The notes: a model not told the origin generated them from the letters alone. A stretch of 64,000 nucleotides of DNA from Desulfobulbaceae bacterium (GCA_018335795.1 JAGXRP010000082.1:88868-152867); one strand, 5' to 3'. Shown: positions 37,634 through 47,543, counted from the first letter of the stretch. Program-made: numbers and translations.

Positions 37634-40390
37634 ATGAAAAAGTTTACTACTCTATTAATAGTATTAATTATAGCTTATGGTTCTGTTGAAATTTATGCTA
37701 CCAAGACTGGGCGTGCGACAAGAACTTCTACTATTTCAGCAGGATGTTCGGGTTCTGGATGTCATGCCAGTGCAAAAAATACAACTGTACAACTTACGGC
37801 AACAAGTTCTAAAGGGAATTTCATTTTCAAACCTGAAGAAAGTGCTTCTATTACTGTCAAAGTAGCACATTCTACCTCAGCCGGTGCCGGGGTTAATGCG
37901 GCAATCAAAACATCTATAACAGGTGAGGATAACATAGGAACAATGACCGGTGGAAGTGGTACAAAGACTATCGGCGGAGAAATCACACATTCAACTCCAA
38001 AGGAAATGTCCGGTGGATACGCTGAATTCGATTTTACATGGAAAGCTCCAAAAGTTCCCGGTAGATATTACTTGAGAGCAGTCGGATGTGGAGTGGATTT
38101 AGATGATAAAGCTCAAACATCTGAACAATGGAATTGGATGGAGCCAATCGAAGTGATTGTAAAAGGAATAACTATAACTGAACCAAAAACAGGAAAGGAC
38201 TTTTGTGTAAACAATAAAGCATATATACGTTGGACTTTAGCAGGTATAACTCATGTAAATATCGAACTTTCGAGTGATGGAGGCAACAGTTGGACTAATA
38301 CGATTGTTAATAATTTTAATGCTGTAGGCGGTGTTTATGTGTGGGATGTTCCGGCAGGATTTAAGCAAGGTGATAATTATAAATTAAAAATTACGGATGC
38401 TAACGACGCGACGGTTTCGACTATTTCTGACAGATTTGGGATTTATGGCAATTTTACCATTACAAAAGACCCGATTCCGGCAACACTATGTATTGGTGAT
38501 GATTATAAGATGTGGGTAGAAGTAGAAGGAACAGGAATTAAATATCAGTGGAGAAAAGATGGGCAAGCAATTCCCGGGGCTACTGATTCGGTTTATACGA
38601 TTAAAAATATTCAAGCTAACGGCGACGGGCATTATGGAGTGTTGCTTAGTTCCTCATGCAACATAATCATGCCAACAAAAGATGCTGAAATTCTTGTTCG
38701 ACCAAGCACCAAAATCCTCCAACAACCATCATCATACAACTCATGTATCGGCGAAGAGGTTGCATTTTACGTCGAAGCTGACGGATTCTCAGTTGAATAC
38801 CAATGGTATAAAAATAATACTGAAATTAAAGATGCAAAAAGTAATTCATATGTCATTAGTTCTGTTCGAGCCGAAGATGTAGGCGATTATACTTGCAAAG
38901 TTACGGGTTTTTGCGGTGCTCCAATTACAACAAATGTAGCTAAATTAGCTTTGAACAGCGTCCCGACCATAACGAAACAGCCCGGTTCCCAGACATTGTG
39001 CGAAAAAGAAAATCTAACTCTTAGTGTAACGGTTACCGGACTTGAACTTATTTATACTTGGTACCATAATGGCAGTAAAATTGGAACGAACAGCCCAAAT
39101 TTGTCTGTTACAAATCTGACCCCGTCCAATGCAGGCGAATATTACTGCGAAATAAGGAATTCATGCGGCACTATCCAAAGTAATAAAGCTACAATTAAGG
39201 TTGAACCTCTCCCTAAAATCATTTCTCAGACAAATATTCAACAAGTGGTTGTAGGCGAAACAGTTACAATGCGAGTGACAGCAGAAAATACAAATTCATA
39301 TCAATGGTATAAAAACAATGTAAAAATTGACGGGGCTAACACACCGGAATATATCATTGAAAATTCCGTTGAAGATGACAGTGGTAATTATCAGTGTCGT
39401 TTAAAAAATGATTGTGGGGAAGTGAATTCAATTGTTATAAAAGTGTCGGTATTATTGCCACAACCGGGTGCAAGAATGAAATATGCTGCATCTAATATCA
39501 ACTTCGACGTTATACCATTAGGCTACGTACTTGATACCACTTCATTCATAATTCATAATGTCGGAGATGCGGATTTAGTGATAGACAGCATCAGAATCGG
39601 CGGACTGAATATTGACCAATTTGAACTACTCGCTCCGGCGGACTCTGTGGTTATATTACCGAATGATTCTTTGCAAATATCAGTAAAATGTACACCAACA
39701 ATGGTAGGTTCGATTTCTGCGCATCTTAAATTTTTCACAAATTCGATCACAGACGCCGGATTACTCAACTTATATTCATTTGGTGGAATATTCAATGTTA
39801 TTTCTAATAGAAAATCTGTGTTTTTCGGAACTCTCGAAATAGGTGAATCTGAAACCCGAGAATTCACTTTAATCAATCAAAGCAACTATAGAGTTAAAAT
39901 TGTTGATATAGTGATGGAATGCAATGGTGAAGAAAGCTCATTCGAGTTGGCGCAACCGACATTACCGTTCACAATTGACGAATCATCATTAGAGTATATC
40001 ACGATAAGTTTTTCGCCAAAATACGAAGGTGCAATTGATTGCCAAACATATTTTGTGTTCGAGCGCATTGATAGTACAGTTCAAGTGGAATTCTTGGGCA
40101 ATGGCTTGCCAACAAGTGTAGAAGATTGGAGCAACTTAACGCTTTTATTCCCGAATCCAGCAACAGAATACATCGAAATCAGTTATCCCGATGGCTTAGG
40201 GGTGGACAATTCCCCCGCTAATAAGAGGGGGTTAGGGGGTGTTAATGTATTCAACACGCTTGGTGAATGTGTAATGACCACCCCTGCCCCTCCAAAGGAG
40301 GGGAATTATAGAATTGATATTTCGCATCTTACTCGCGGTGTTTACTTTGTAAAAATCGGCGATAAGGTACAGATTTTTGTGAAGGAGTGA
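37634..40390 (+). CDS. Large T9SS cargo: reeler-like/choice-of-anchor V N-domain with CxxxxCH, four I-set-like Ig domains, two ASH domains, CTD
   Basis: GCSGSGCH; EITHSTPK...FTWKAP; repeated YQWYK...D.G.Y.C; HNVGDADLVI; CTD FPNPA...GVYFVKI...FVKE. Confidence 0.8.
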   Translation: MKKFTTLLIVLIIAYGSVEIYATKTGRATRTSTISAGCSGSGCHASAKNTTVQLTATSSKGNFIFKPEESASITVKVAHSTSAGAGVNAAIKTSITGEDNIGTMTGGSGTKTIGGEITHSTPKEMSGGYAEFDFTWKAPKVPGRYYLRAVGCGVDLDDKAQTSEQWNWMEPIEVIVKGITITEPKTGKDFCVNNKAYIRWTLAGITHVNIELSSDGGNSWTNTIVNNFNAVGGVYVWDVPAGFKQGDNYKLKITDANDATVSTISDRFGIYGNFTITKDPIPATLCIGDDYKMWVEVEGTGIKYQWRKDGQAIPGATDSVYTIKNIQANGDGHYGVLLSSSCNIIMPTKDAEILVRPSTKILQQPSSYNSCIGEEVAFYVEADGFSVEYQWYKNNTEIKDAKSNSYVISSVRAEDVGDYTCKVTGFCGAPITTNVAKLALNSVPTITKQPGSQTLCEKENLTLSVTVTGLELIYTWYHNGSKIGTNSPNLSVTNLTPSNAGEYYCEIRNSCGTIQSNKATIKVEPLPKIISQTNIQQVVVGETVTMRVTAENTNSYQWYKNNVKIDGANTPEYIIENSVEDDSGNYQCRLKNDCGEVNSIVIKVSVLLPQPGARMKYAASNINFDVIPLGYVLDTTSFIIHNVGDADLVIDSIRIGGLNIDQFELLAPADSVVILPNDSLQISVKCTPTMVGSISAHLKFFTNSITDAGLLNLYSFGGIFNVISNRKSVFFGTLEIGESETREFTLINQSNYRVKIVDIVMECNGEESSFELAQPTLPFTIDESSLEYITISFSPKYEGAIDCQTYFVFERIDSTVQVEFLGNGLPTSVEDWSNLTLLFPNPATEYIEISYPDGLGVDNSPANKRGLGGVNVFNTLGECVMTTPAPPKEGNYRIDISHLTRGVYFVKIGDKVQIFVKE

Positions 40391-40392
40391 GA

Positions 40393-40461
40393 ATGGACTG
40401 CCACGTTTATCCATATCCTTGTGTTTATGTTTGTGAACCGGACCCACCACAAGGTGAATAA
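40393..40461 (+). pseudogene. 22-codon remnant of a Cys-rich gene 3' end (MDCHVYPYPCVYVCEPDPPQGE)
   Basis: Matches the C-terminus IDCHVYPWPCVFICEPTE of 41936-43296 in DNA and protein; same position relative to a BNR gene. Confidence 0.8.
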
Positions 40462-40463
40462 TT

Positions 40464-41798
40464 ATGATTGGAGTAAGCATGCTAAAGTATATTTCGTTTT
40501 TATTTGTATTCACTTTTTGTTCAATTGCAGCAAATGCATTTAAACCGAATTGGGCTATTGTTGATTCATTGGATACATCTGAATCTAAATGGGGTACTCC
40601 GGTTACATTTATTAATGTAAAGACAGCTAACGGCAAAGATATAATAGCTTTAGCTAATGTTGCATTTATTGCACCCCATATAATTAAAAGTACTGATGGT
40701 GGTTTTACTTGGGAAATTAAATTTAGATTTGAAGAAGAACCCAAGAAGGCATTTAATTTAAATATTTCTGAAAGCGGGTTAGCCAGTTTTGGTTGTGAAG
40801 ATGGAATATATTTTGTTTCTAGTGATTTGGGTGAGACCTGGGAAAAAAAGGAAATTGATAACAAAATTACTGTTGGGTTTATAGGTTTTTGGGATTATGA
40901 TATTGGAATGGTACAACAAATGACTAATCTTTCACCACCATTTAAAACAATATTAAACAAAACTACAGATGGGGGCAATTCATGGTTTGAAATTGATGGT
41001 CCACCAATCATTAACGTTTCTTTATACTATTTCCTAATTTTAGAATCAGGTATTTGTTTGGCAATTGAGGTTGACAATTCAGTTGACAATAAATATTACT
41101 TCCACAAATCAACGGACTATGGAGAAACTTGGACAACGTACGCTGGTCCTGAAGTGCCACCCTTTGGAGATTTTTATTTTTACAACGAAAATCTCGGCTT
41201 CTGTCTCGGGGGTGAAGATTTAAATCTTCCGGGTGGAGAATCAAAGTTGATTAGAAGGACTTCGGACGGCGGTAAAACATGGACAAGGGTCTTAGATACA
41301 GTTTTCACTCCGAACAATCCGGTTGTGAGTATTCATTTTTCGGATTCATTGAATGGTGCAGCATCAACTATGAAAGACGTCCTACGTACCCACGATGGTG
41401 GTTTGACCTGGTATGTGGATTCATTATACAAAAGTATGAAGTTTCCTGCGGGTATTACTGAGATTTTAATGTTGGATAAGGATAATATTTTGGGAGTTGC
41501 TTTCAATGCCTATAAGTACATCTACCGCTATACAGGCGTTGACCCGTCGAGTGTTTCTCAAAGTTTTCCGATTACGCAACTGAAGCTATTTCCCAACCCG
41601 ACACATGAATTGTTGCAAATTGAATTAGCCGACGCTCATAATTATGATGAATATCTGATTTATGATGCCAAGGGGGCATTGCTGCAAAAGTCCCTATTTA
41701 CGGGTGAAGTGCCAATCGGCAATCTTCCCACGGGGGCATATTATTTGTTATTGTATTCGCCCACACGCACCGGATATGGTCAGTTTGTAAAGGAGTGA
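40464..41798 (+). CDS. YCF48/BNR-repeat beta-propeller protein with T9SS CTD (paralog 1; start may be 40479)
   Basis: Signal peptide, (K/R)(S/T).DGG..W repeats, CTD LFPNPT...GAYYL...FVKE. Confidence 0.85.
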   Translation: MIGVSMLKYISFLFVFTFCSIAANAFKPNWAIVDSLDTSESKWGTPVTFINVKTANGKDIIALANVAFIAPHIIKSTDGGFTWEIKFRFEEEPKKAFNLNISESGLASFGCEDGIYFVSSDLGETWEKKEIDNKITVGFIGFWDYDIGMVQQMTNLSPPFKTILNKTTDGGNSWFEIDGPPIINVSLYYFLILESGICLAIEVDNSVDNKYYFHKSTDYGETWTTYAGPEVPPFGDFYFYNENLGFCLGGEDLNLPGGESKLIRRTSDGGKTWTRVLDTVFTPNNPVVSIHFSDSLNGAASTMKDVLRTHDGGLTWYVDSLYKSMKFPAGITEILMLDKDNILGVAFNAYKYIYRYTGVDPSSVSQSFPITQLKLFPNPTHELLQIELADAHNYDEYLIYDAKGALLQKSLFTGEVPIGNLPTGAYYLLLYSPTRTGYGQFVKE

Positions 41799-41935
41799 AA
41801 TGTGATAGGAGAAGGTAGAATAAACAAATTTCTAAAATATTTTATATAAAAATTTGGTTAATTCAAAAACTTGTTTTAAATTGTAATTGTAATTTTTGTA
41901 TTTTTTTAAATATTTATTTATTTTTGGAGAAAATT

Positions 41936-43296
41936 ATGAAGATGCCCCCCCCCCTCAAAGAAATTTATACTTGCTAATAGCATTTGTGCTATTGTTTAGT
42001 AGCATTGAAATGTCATACGCTTTGACACCGTTGCCGCCATGCGCTCATACTGGACAAACTCCGGCACCACCCAATATTTCGACACCATCTCCTTGTATGG
42101 TAGGTTCACAACAACAACAAGGTTGGTCCGGTCCATGTTATTATAGAATTTGTTCTGATACCGTGCAAGGTTTGGGTGGAATACAAGAGCCAAAATGTTG
42201 TTATTGGGTAGTTTATTATCAAAGAATAATTCCAAATTCAGCACAGTTAGGTTACGAGCTTTATGAAACAAATGTTACAGGAATTTTTTATGACGGCGAG
42301 GATTGCGAATTGAGGTCAAGAGGTCAAATTATTCACGCATTTCAAAATGCTCTATATAAGAAATTAGACAATGATGACCCTACTTTCTTTGATGACCACT
42401 ATATGCCAAGTGATGGTGATAGTGGTGTTGCAAGTCAATATTTCTATACAACAGGTGGTTGCTTTGAAGAAGATTCAAATGGAGATGTTGTATATGATGA
42501 ATTTGGAAAACCCGTTAATTGCGATAGCGATGATTATTGCTGCCAATATACAAAGCAAGTACATTATAAAAAGAACTATTTGGGAGAAACAAAAATCTGG
42601 AGAATTGATTCTTTGAACTCAGAAAACCCAAACCCGGTGTTTGAAGTTACTAAAAATGGTGACGATGCTTTATGTAGTGGTTCATGCAAGTGGGCATGTG
42701 ATAATGTGTTGATGGAAGATGCTGCGACTATATTATGTGATGAACCATGCAATGATGCTGATTGGTCAAATCTTATTGAAAAACAAGTACCAATACCCGG
42801 TTGCTCCCCTTGTGAGGTAACAGTGAAGTTCCGAAAAAGAACATCATCACCATGTCCACAATACGGTATGGAGTCAGCAAACGACATATATTTACATTCT
42901 TTTGAATGGGTTGATGACACATTAGCACCACCAACTCCATGCACTTCTTGTACATTAGATGTTCATGGAATGCATTCAGCCGTGGTTGACTATCTTTTAA
43001 AAAATGAATTTGACAACAAACCTCCAAATAATCAATGTAAAAATTATTACAGATTAATGCAATCAGCCTGTTGGTTTGACCACCTTAGACCTGAATATAC
43101 TGCTTACGAGAGATATTACCCTCCAACCAGGGTAATGCGTGCATGTGGCGAAGAGAGTTGTTGTGTCCAACATTATCGGTTGTGTGCTAATATGAATGGT
43201 GTAATCACTTATCAATTGTTAAGTTCAGAAGCAGAAAGTATTGATTGCCACGTTTATCCTTGGCCCTGTGTGTTTATATGTGAACCAACGGAGTAA
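41936..43296 (+). CDS. Cys-rich exported protein (30 Cys); natural ATG is out of frame because of a C10 tract
   Basis: GGAGA RBS then ATG AAG ATG C10; C11 or C8 would join it to the long frame, giving MKMPPP(P)QRNLYLLIAFVLLFSS. The ORF-track TTG start at 41896 has no RBS. Confidence 0.7.
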
Positions 43297-43298
43297 AA

Positions 43299-44651
43299 AT
43301 GTCATCAATGAAAAATTGTATAAATATTATCTTACTTTTATTGATTTGCTGTTTTACAAATTCTTTGGCACAAGAAAATTGGAAAACAGTATATAATGTA
43401 AAAGCAAAGAATAGTTTGGGCTCAAATGCATCGGCTCATTTTATTGGTATTAAATCGCCTAATAAAAAAGACCTTTTAGTTGTTTCAAATATGGATTATC
43501 GTTCACCTTTTATGGTAAAAAGTTCAGATAGTGGATTGACTTGGGAAATAAAGCATAAGGAGAAATTCCCCGGCAATTATGATGGAGTATATTTTGCCCC
43601 AAGCAGGGCAAATGCCTTTGCTTATCCGGATACAACGCTTGCTATAGTTGTTTGCGATTCAGGATACTATTATTATTCAACCGATAATTGCGAAACTTGG
43701 ACTAAGGACAGATTTGAAAATCAATTAAGGTCTTTTCAGATTAGCTTTTGGGACAACAAAATTGGTATTGTTTTTCAAAATACAGAACCCGGCGAACAAG
43801 TACTACAAAAAACAACTGATGGCGGTCAAAGTTGGTATCAAATTACAGGTCCCGAGCCAATTAACCAATTAGGAGTGAGTTATCTCGAAACTCACGGAGA
43901 TGGAATTGCATATTTTATTGAAGTGGATAACAAGGTAGATTCAGTTTATTATTTTCACAAATCAACTGATTATGGTGAAACTTGGAGTGTTTACCCGGGT
44001 CCTGAGATTCCACCTTTTGGGGATTTTTATTTTCATAACCAAAACCTTGGCTTTTGTTATTATGGTGAAGAATACAGTTCAGTAGGTGGAATGACTAAGG
44101 TTATTAGACGAACTTCTGATGGCGGTAAATCGTGGCAAGTTGTTATGGATACGGCAATAATCCCAAATGACCCTATTGTAGATATTCACTTTGCTGATAC
44201 TTTGAACGGAATAGCAGTTGCATTAGCAAATATATTTTGGACTAATGACGGTGGCAAAACTTGGAGAGAAGACACGAGTTTCAGTTATATAAGTCATCCC
44301 GATAGAATTAGTTATGTTTATATGATTGATAACTTTAATGCAGTTGGTATTGCAATGAATAGTTACAATAACATCTACCGCTATACAGGCGTTGACCCGT
44401 CAAGTGTTACGCAAAGCTTCCCGATTAAGCAACTGAAGCTATTTCCCAACCCGACACATGAGTTGTTGCAAATTGAATTAGCCGACGAACATAATTATGA
44501 TGAATATCTGATTTATGATGTCAAGGGTGCATTACTGCAAAAGTCCCTATTTACAGGTGAAGTGCCAATCGGCAATCTTCCCAAAGGTGCATATTATTTG
44601 TTACTGTATTCGCCCACACGCACCGGTTACGGTCAGTTTGTGAAAGAGTAA
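43299..44651 (+). CDS. YCF48/BNR-repeat beta-propeller protein with T9SS CTD (paralog 2)
   Basis: Same architecture as 40464-41798; last 281 bp nearly identical to paralog 1. Confidence 0.85.
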   Translation: MSSMKNCINIILLLLICCFTNSLAQENWKTVYNVKAKNSLGSNASAHFIGIKSPNKKDLLVVSNMDYRSPFMVKSSDSGLTWEIKHKEKFPGNYDGVYFAPSRANAFAYPDTTLAIVVCDSGYYYYSTDNCETWTKDRFENQLRSFQISFWDNKIGIVFQNTEPGEQVLQKTTDGGQSWYQITGPEPINQLGVSYLETHGDGIAYFIEVDNKVDSVYYFHKSTDYGETWSVYPGPEIPPFGDFYFHNQNLGFCYYGEEYSSVGGMTKVIRRTSDGGKSWQVVMDTAIIPNDPIVDIHFADTLNGIAVALANIFWTNDGGKTWREDTSFSYISHPDRISYVYMIDNFNAVGIAMNSYNNIYRYTGVDPSSVTQSFPIKQLKLFPNPTHELLQIELADEHNYDEYLIYDVKGALLQKSLFTGEVPIGNLPKGAYYLLLYSPTRTGYGQFVKE

Positions 44652-44660
44652 GCCACAAAA

Positions 44661-45407
44661 TCACTTCGCTCGGCAAGGGCAAATTAGCTTCTTAGTTTCA
44701 GCAGAAATTGTAAATTCAGCGAATGGTTCGAAATCTCGAACCATTTTTTTTACATTGTCGTAGCCTTTGTTGACTCCGTCTGTGTTTCGCATCCAATAGT
44801 CGTAGGCTTCGTCATCGTCATAGTCGCAAAATTGCTTTAAAATTGATGCTGAAACATAGCCGGATTGATGCCATCCGTTCCAACAATGGAAGTAGATTGG
44901 TCCGTCGTTTTTACGATTGATAACATCGTACACCATCTGAATGATTTGCTTGATTTCTTTGTTTGAGTTGCCGGTAATCTGATGATAATTTAGTGTGTTT
45001 CCGTTGGCTTCGAGCTGCTTTTCGGACGAATCGTAGTTCTTGGAATATAGATAGACAGCATCCGAGAAACCTTCGATGCACAAATTCATCATACCGTCGG
45101 GAGGCAATGGATTGTGATTGTCGCGTTTGGCTGTATTGTGGTAGTAGTTGTTTGCACCGCCACGATAAGCTACGCCATGCAAAATCGGACGCATATTTCG
45201 TGTACCGTATAATTCAGGGTGACCGTTGCCGAAATTATCAGTGATTTTCTCGTCAGTGCAATTCACCTTGTATCGCTCGGAATAGTAATGAACTTGCTCG
45301 TCCAAAGTTTTCATCTGGGCTTGAACGCCAATGAAGCCCATGAACACAAATAAAATCGGTACAAATATGAATTTTGAGTTTTTCGCTACGAAATATCTAA
45401 TTTGCAT
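44661..45407 (-). CDS. Exported protein with a tyrosine/dual-specificity phosphatase-like fold and atypical P-loop
   Basis: Signal peptide; N.R.I..G..YRGG; GPIYFHCWNGWHQSG, with Gln where CX5R has Arg. Confidence 0.65.
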   Translation of the reverse strand: MQIRYFVAKNSKFIFVPILFVFMGFIGVQAQMKTLDEQVHYYSERYKVNCTDEKITDNFGNGHPELYGTRNMRPILHGVAYRGGANNYYHNTAKRDNHNPLPPDGMMNLCIEGFSDAVYLYSKNYDSSEKQLEANGNTLNYHQITGNSNKEIKQIIQMVYDVINRKNDGPIYFHCWNGWHQSGYVSASILKQFCDYDDDEAYDYWMRNTDGVNKGYDNVKKMVRDFEPFAEFTISAETKKLICPCRAK

Positions 45408-45485
45408 TAAATGAATCCTCTATTTAAACCATTTTAAACGATGCAGAAGTAATATGATTTTATGAACGATTTCAAACAAAAACAA

Positions 45486-45510
45486 AAAGCTGCCTCTGTG
45501 AAGCAGCTTT
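45486..45510 (-). terminator. Terminator downstream of the DUF5602-like gene
   Basis: aaagctgc / gcagcttt stem with flanking A run. Confidence 0.6.
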
Positions 45511-45536
45511 CGTTTATAAATAAATCTTCAAGATGA

Positions 45537-46301
45537 TTATTTATATTCAGTCATACCGCTTAATTTCACAGTATATTCTTTGTTAGTTTCATTGAAAGTA
45601 ATATTCAATTTAGACGGATACCAACCAGCCGCAGGATATTTCGCAGGTTTTTTGATAACTTTGTCCAAATTTGGCTTAGTTTTAAGATAATCAATTGTAA
45701 TCATCGGCTCGTAGAAGTTCATTTTACCGTCGTAGTAGCCATAAATGAAAGTTTCATCAAAAGTACCGCCATGGTGTTCGTGCGAAGTAACATCAATAGC
45801 ATGAAGCCCCATCTTAGGGATAACAACACTTGGCGGTGGAATCATGTATCCTTCGGCAATGTAATCAGCTTCAGGTCTTTTATAGGCTTTAGCCGAATCC
45901 TCTCCCATTCCGGTGATACCGTCACGAGTTACTTCGTCAATCATATAAAAATGTAAGTCGAAGTGAGGAATATCATAAACTCCCGGAGGCTCATGACCCA
46001 TTGGGTTCCAATCAACTGTAATATGTTTTACATTTGTTGGTCCGGCTTGAGCAGGAACGGATAAAACTAACTCAGACATTTGGTCTCCAAGTCCTTCTAA
46101 AGAAGTTTCGCTGAAAACAATTCCAATCGCAGCAGGATTGCCCGAATTGTCCAATTCTACGAAACTTTTAGCATTCCCGTTTCCGAGTGCTTTAGTTGCG
46201 GAATAAAATGTTCCGCCTTTAGAATTATTTGTGGTATCATCAGAACATGAAACCAAAACAATTGCGAATAACGCAATAAGTGATAAAATCAATCTATACA
46301 T
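45537..46301 (-). CDS. His-rich DUF5602-like lipoprotein
   Basis: LVSC lipobox; DWNPMGHEP, PHFDLHFY, P.MGLH, FIYGYYDG...FYEPMIT. Confidence 0.8.
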   Translation of the reverse strand: MYRLILSLIALFAIVLVSCSDDTTNNSKGGTFYSATKALGNGNAKSFVELDNSGNPAAIGIVFSETSLEGLGDQMSELVLSVPAQAGPTNVKHITVDWNPMGHEPPGVYDIPHFDLHFYMIDEVTRDGITGMGEDSAKAYKRPEADYIAEGYMIPPPSVVIPKMGLHAIDVTSHEHHGGTFDETFIYGYYDGKMNFYEPMITIDYLKTKPNLDKVIKKPAKYPAAGWYPSKLNITFNETNKEYTVKLSGMTEYK

Positions 46302-46565
46302 AAAAGCATTCCCTTATTAAAAGTTAGACTTAACAGTAATTAAACATACACAAACGTAATAAATATTTTAGTTTTCACAAAATTATTTTTAAAAATATTC
46401 ATAGAAGTAATAAATTTTGCGTACAAACAAAATTATTGCCAGGAACTAATATTTTTTTTATGTTTGAAACTATATTTTATTCGTTACGTATTATATTTTT
46501 TTTTATGTTTAAATTAAGCATTTTTACAAATTAACTTTTTTGTTTTAAATTCAGGGAGTGTTTTT

Positions 46566-47543
46566 ATGAGCAAAGGTTTACGTATAGCAGCAATTGCAAT
46601 CGTTGTAATTGTAGTAATCATAGGCGGATTGGTTATATATATATCTAATTTTCTGCCAAATGTAGGTCCTGCACAGGACTTGAAGGTTGAAATAACCGAC
46701 GAACGCGTAGAACGTGGCAAATACTTAGCAAATCATGTGATGCTATGTATGGATTGCCATGCAGAAAGGGATTTCTCGCTATTTGCAGGACCACCAAAAC
46801 CGGGAACATTAGCTGCCGGTGGCGATGTTTTTGACCATAGTATGGGATTCCCGGGAGTGTTTGTATCTAAGAATATTACTCCATTCGGGATAGGAGATTG
46901 GACTGATGGAGAATTGTTCAGATTAATAACTACCGGCGTAAATCGTGACGGCGACCCGATTTTCCCCGTAATGCCTTATATAAATTATGGGAAAATGGAC
47001 CCCGAGGACATTAAGTCGGTAATTGCATATCTTCGGACTTTGGAACCAATTGAGACCAATCATCCAAAATCAGTAGCAGATTTTCCGATGAATTTAATTA
47101 TGCGGACAATACCTGTTGAAGCAGATTTGCAACCTATGCCGTCGAAATCTAATGTTGTCGAATACGGACAATATTTGACAAATGCCGCTGCTTGTGCAGA
47201 TTGCCACACTAAATTTGAAAAAGGTGAATTTGTTGGCGAATTATTGGCCGGAGGACGGGAATTCACATTTCCTGACGGTACTATAATGAGAACTCCGAAC
47301 CTTACTCCACATGCGACAGGTTTGCAAAGTTGGACAGAGGAAGCATTTGTCAATAAGTTCAAATCTTTCGTTGATAGTGCTTATGTGCCTCATCCGGTCA
47401 AACCTGGCGAATTTCAAACATTTATGCCATGGCAAATGTATGGCGGTATGGATGTAGAGGATTTGAAAGCCATATACGCTTACTTGCGTAGCATTCCTCC
47501 GGTTGACAACAAAGTGACATTAATCACAGCAGCCAAGAAATAA
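46566..47543 (+). CDS. Membrane-anchored diheme cytochrome c
   Basis: N-terminal TM; CMDCH and CADCH; duplicated RG.YL...NITP/NLTP...MP...Y..M..ED..(S/A)...YLR. Confidence 0.92.
   Translation: MSKGLRIAAIAIVVIVVIIGGLVIYISNFLPNVGPAQDLKVEITDERVERGKYLANHVMLCMDCHAERDFSLFAGPPKPGTLAAGGDVFDHSMGFPGVFVSKNITPFGIGDWTDGELFRLITTGVNRDGDPIFPVMPYINYGKMDPEDIKSVIAYLRTLEPIETNHPKSVADFPMNLIMRTIPVEADLQPMPSKSNVVEYGQYLTNAAACADCHTKFEKGEFVGELLAGGREFTFPDGTIMRTPNLTPHATGLQSWTEEAFVNKFKSFVDSAYVPHPVKPGEFQTFMPWQMYGGMDVEDLKAIYAYLRSIPPVDNKVTLITAAKK

Noticed and set aside
41896-41935. TTG start given by the ORF track for the Cys-rich gene
   Set aside because: No RBS, lies in T-rich promoter-like DNA and gives an acidic N-terminus unlike a signal peptide.
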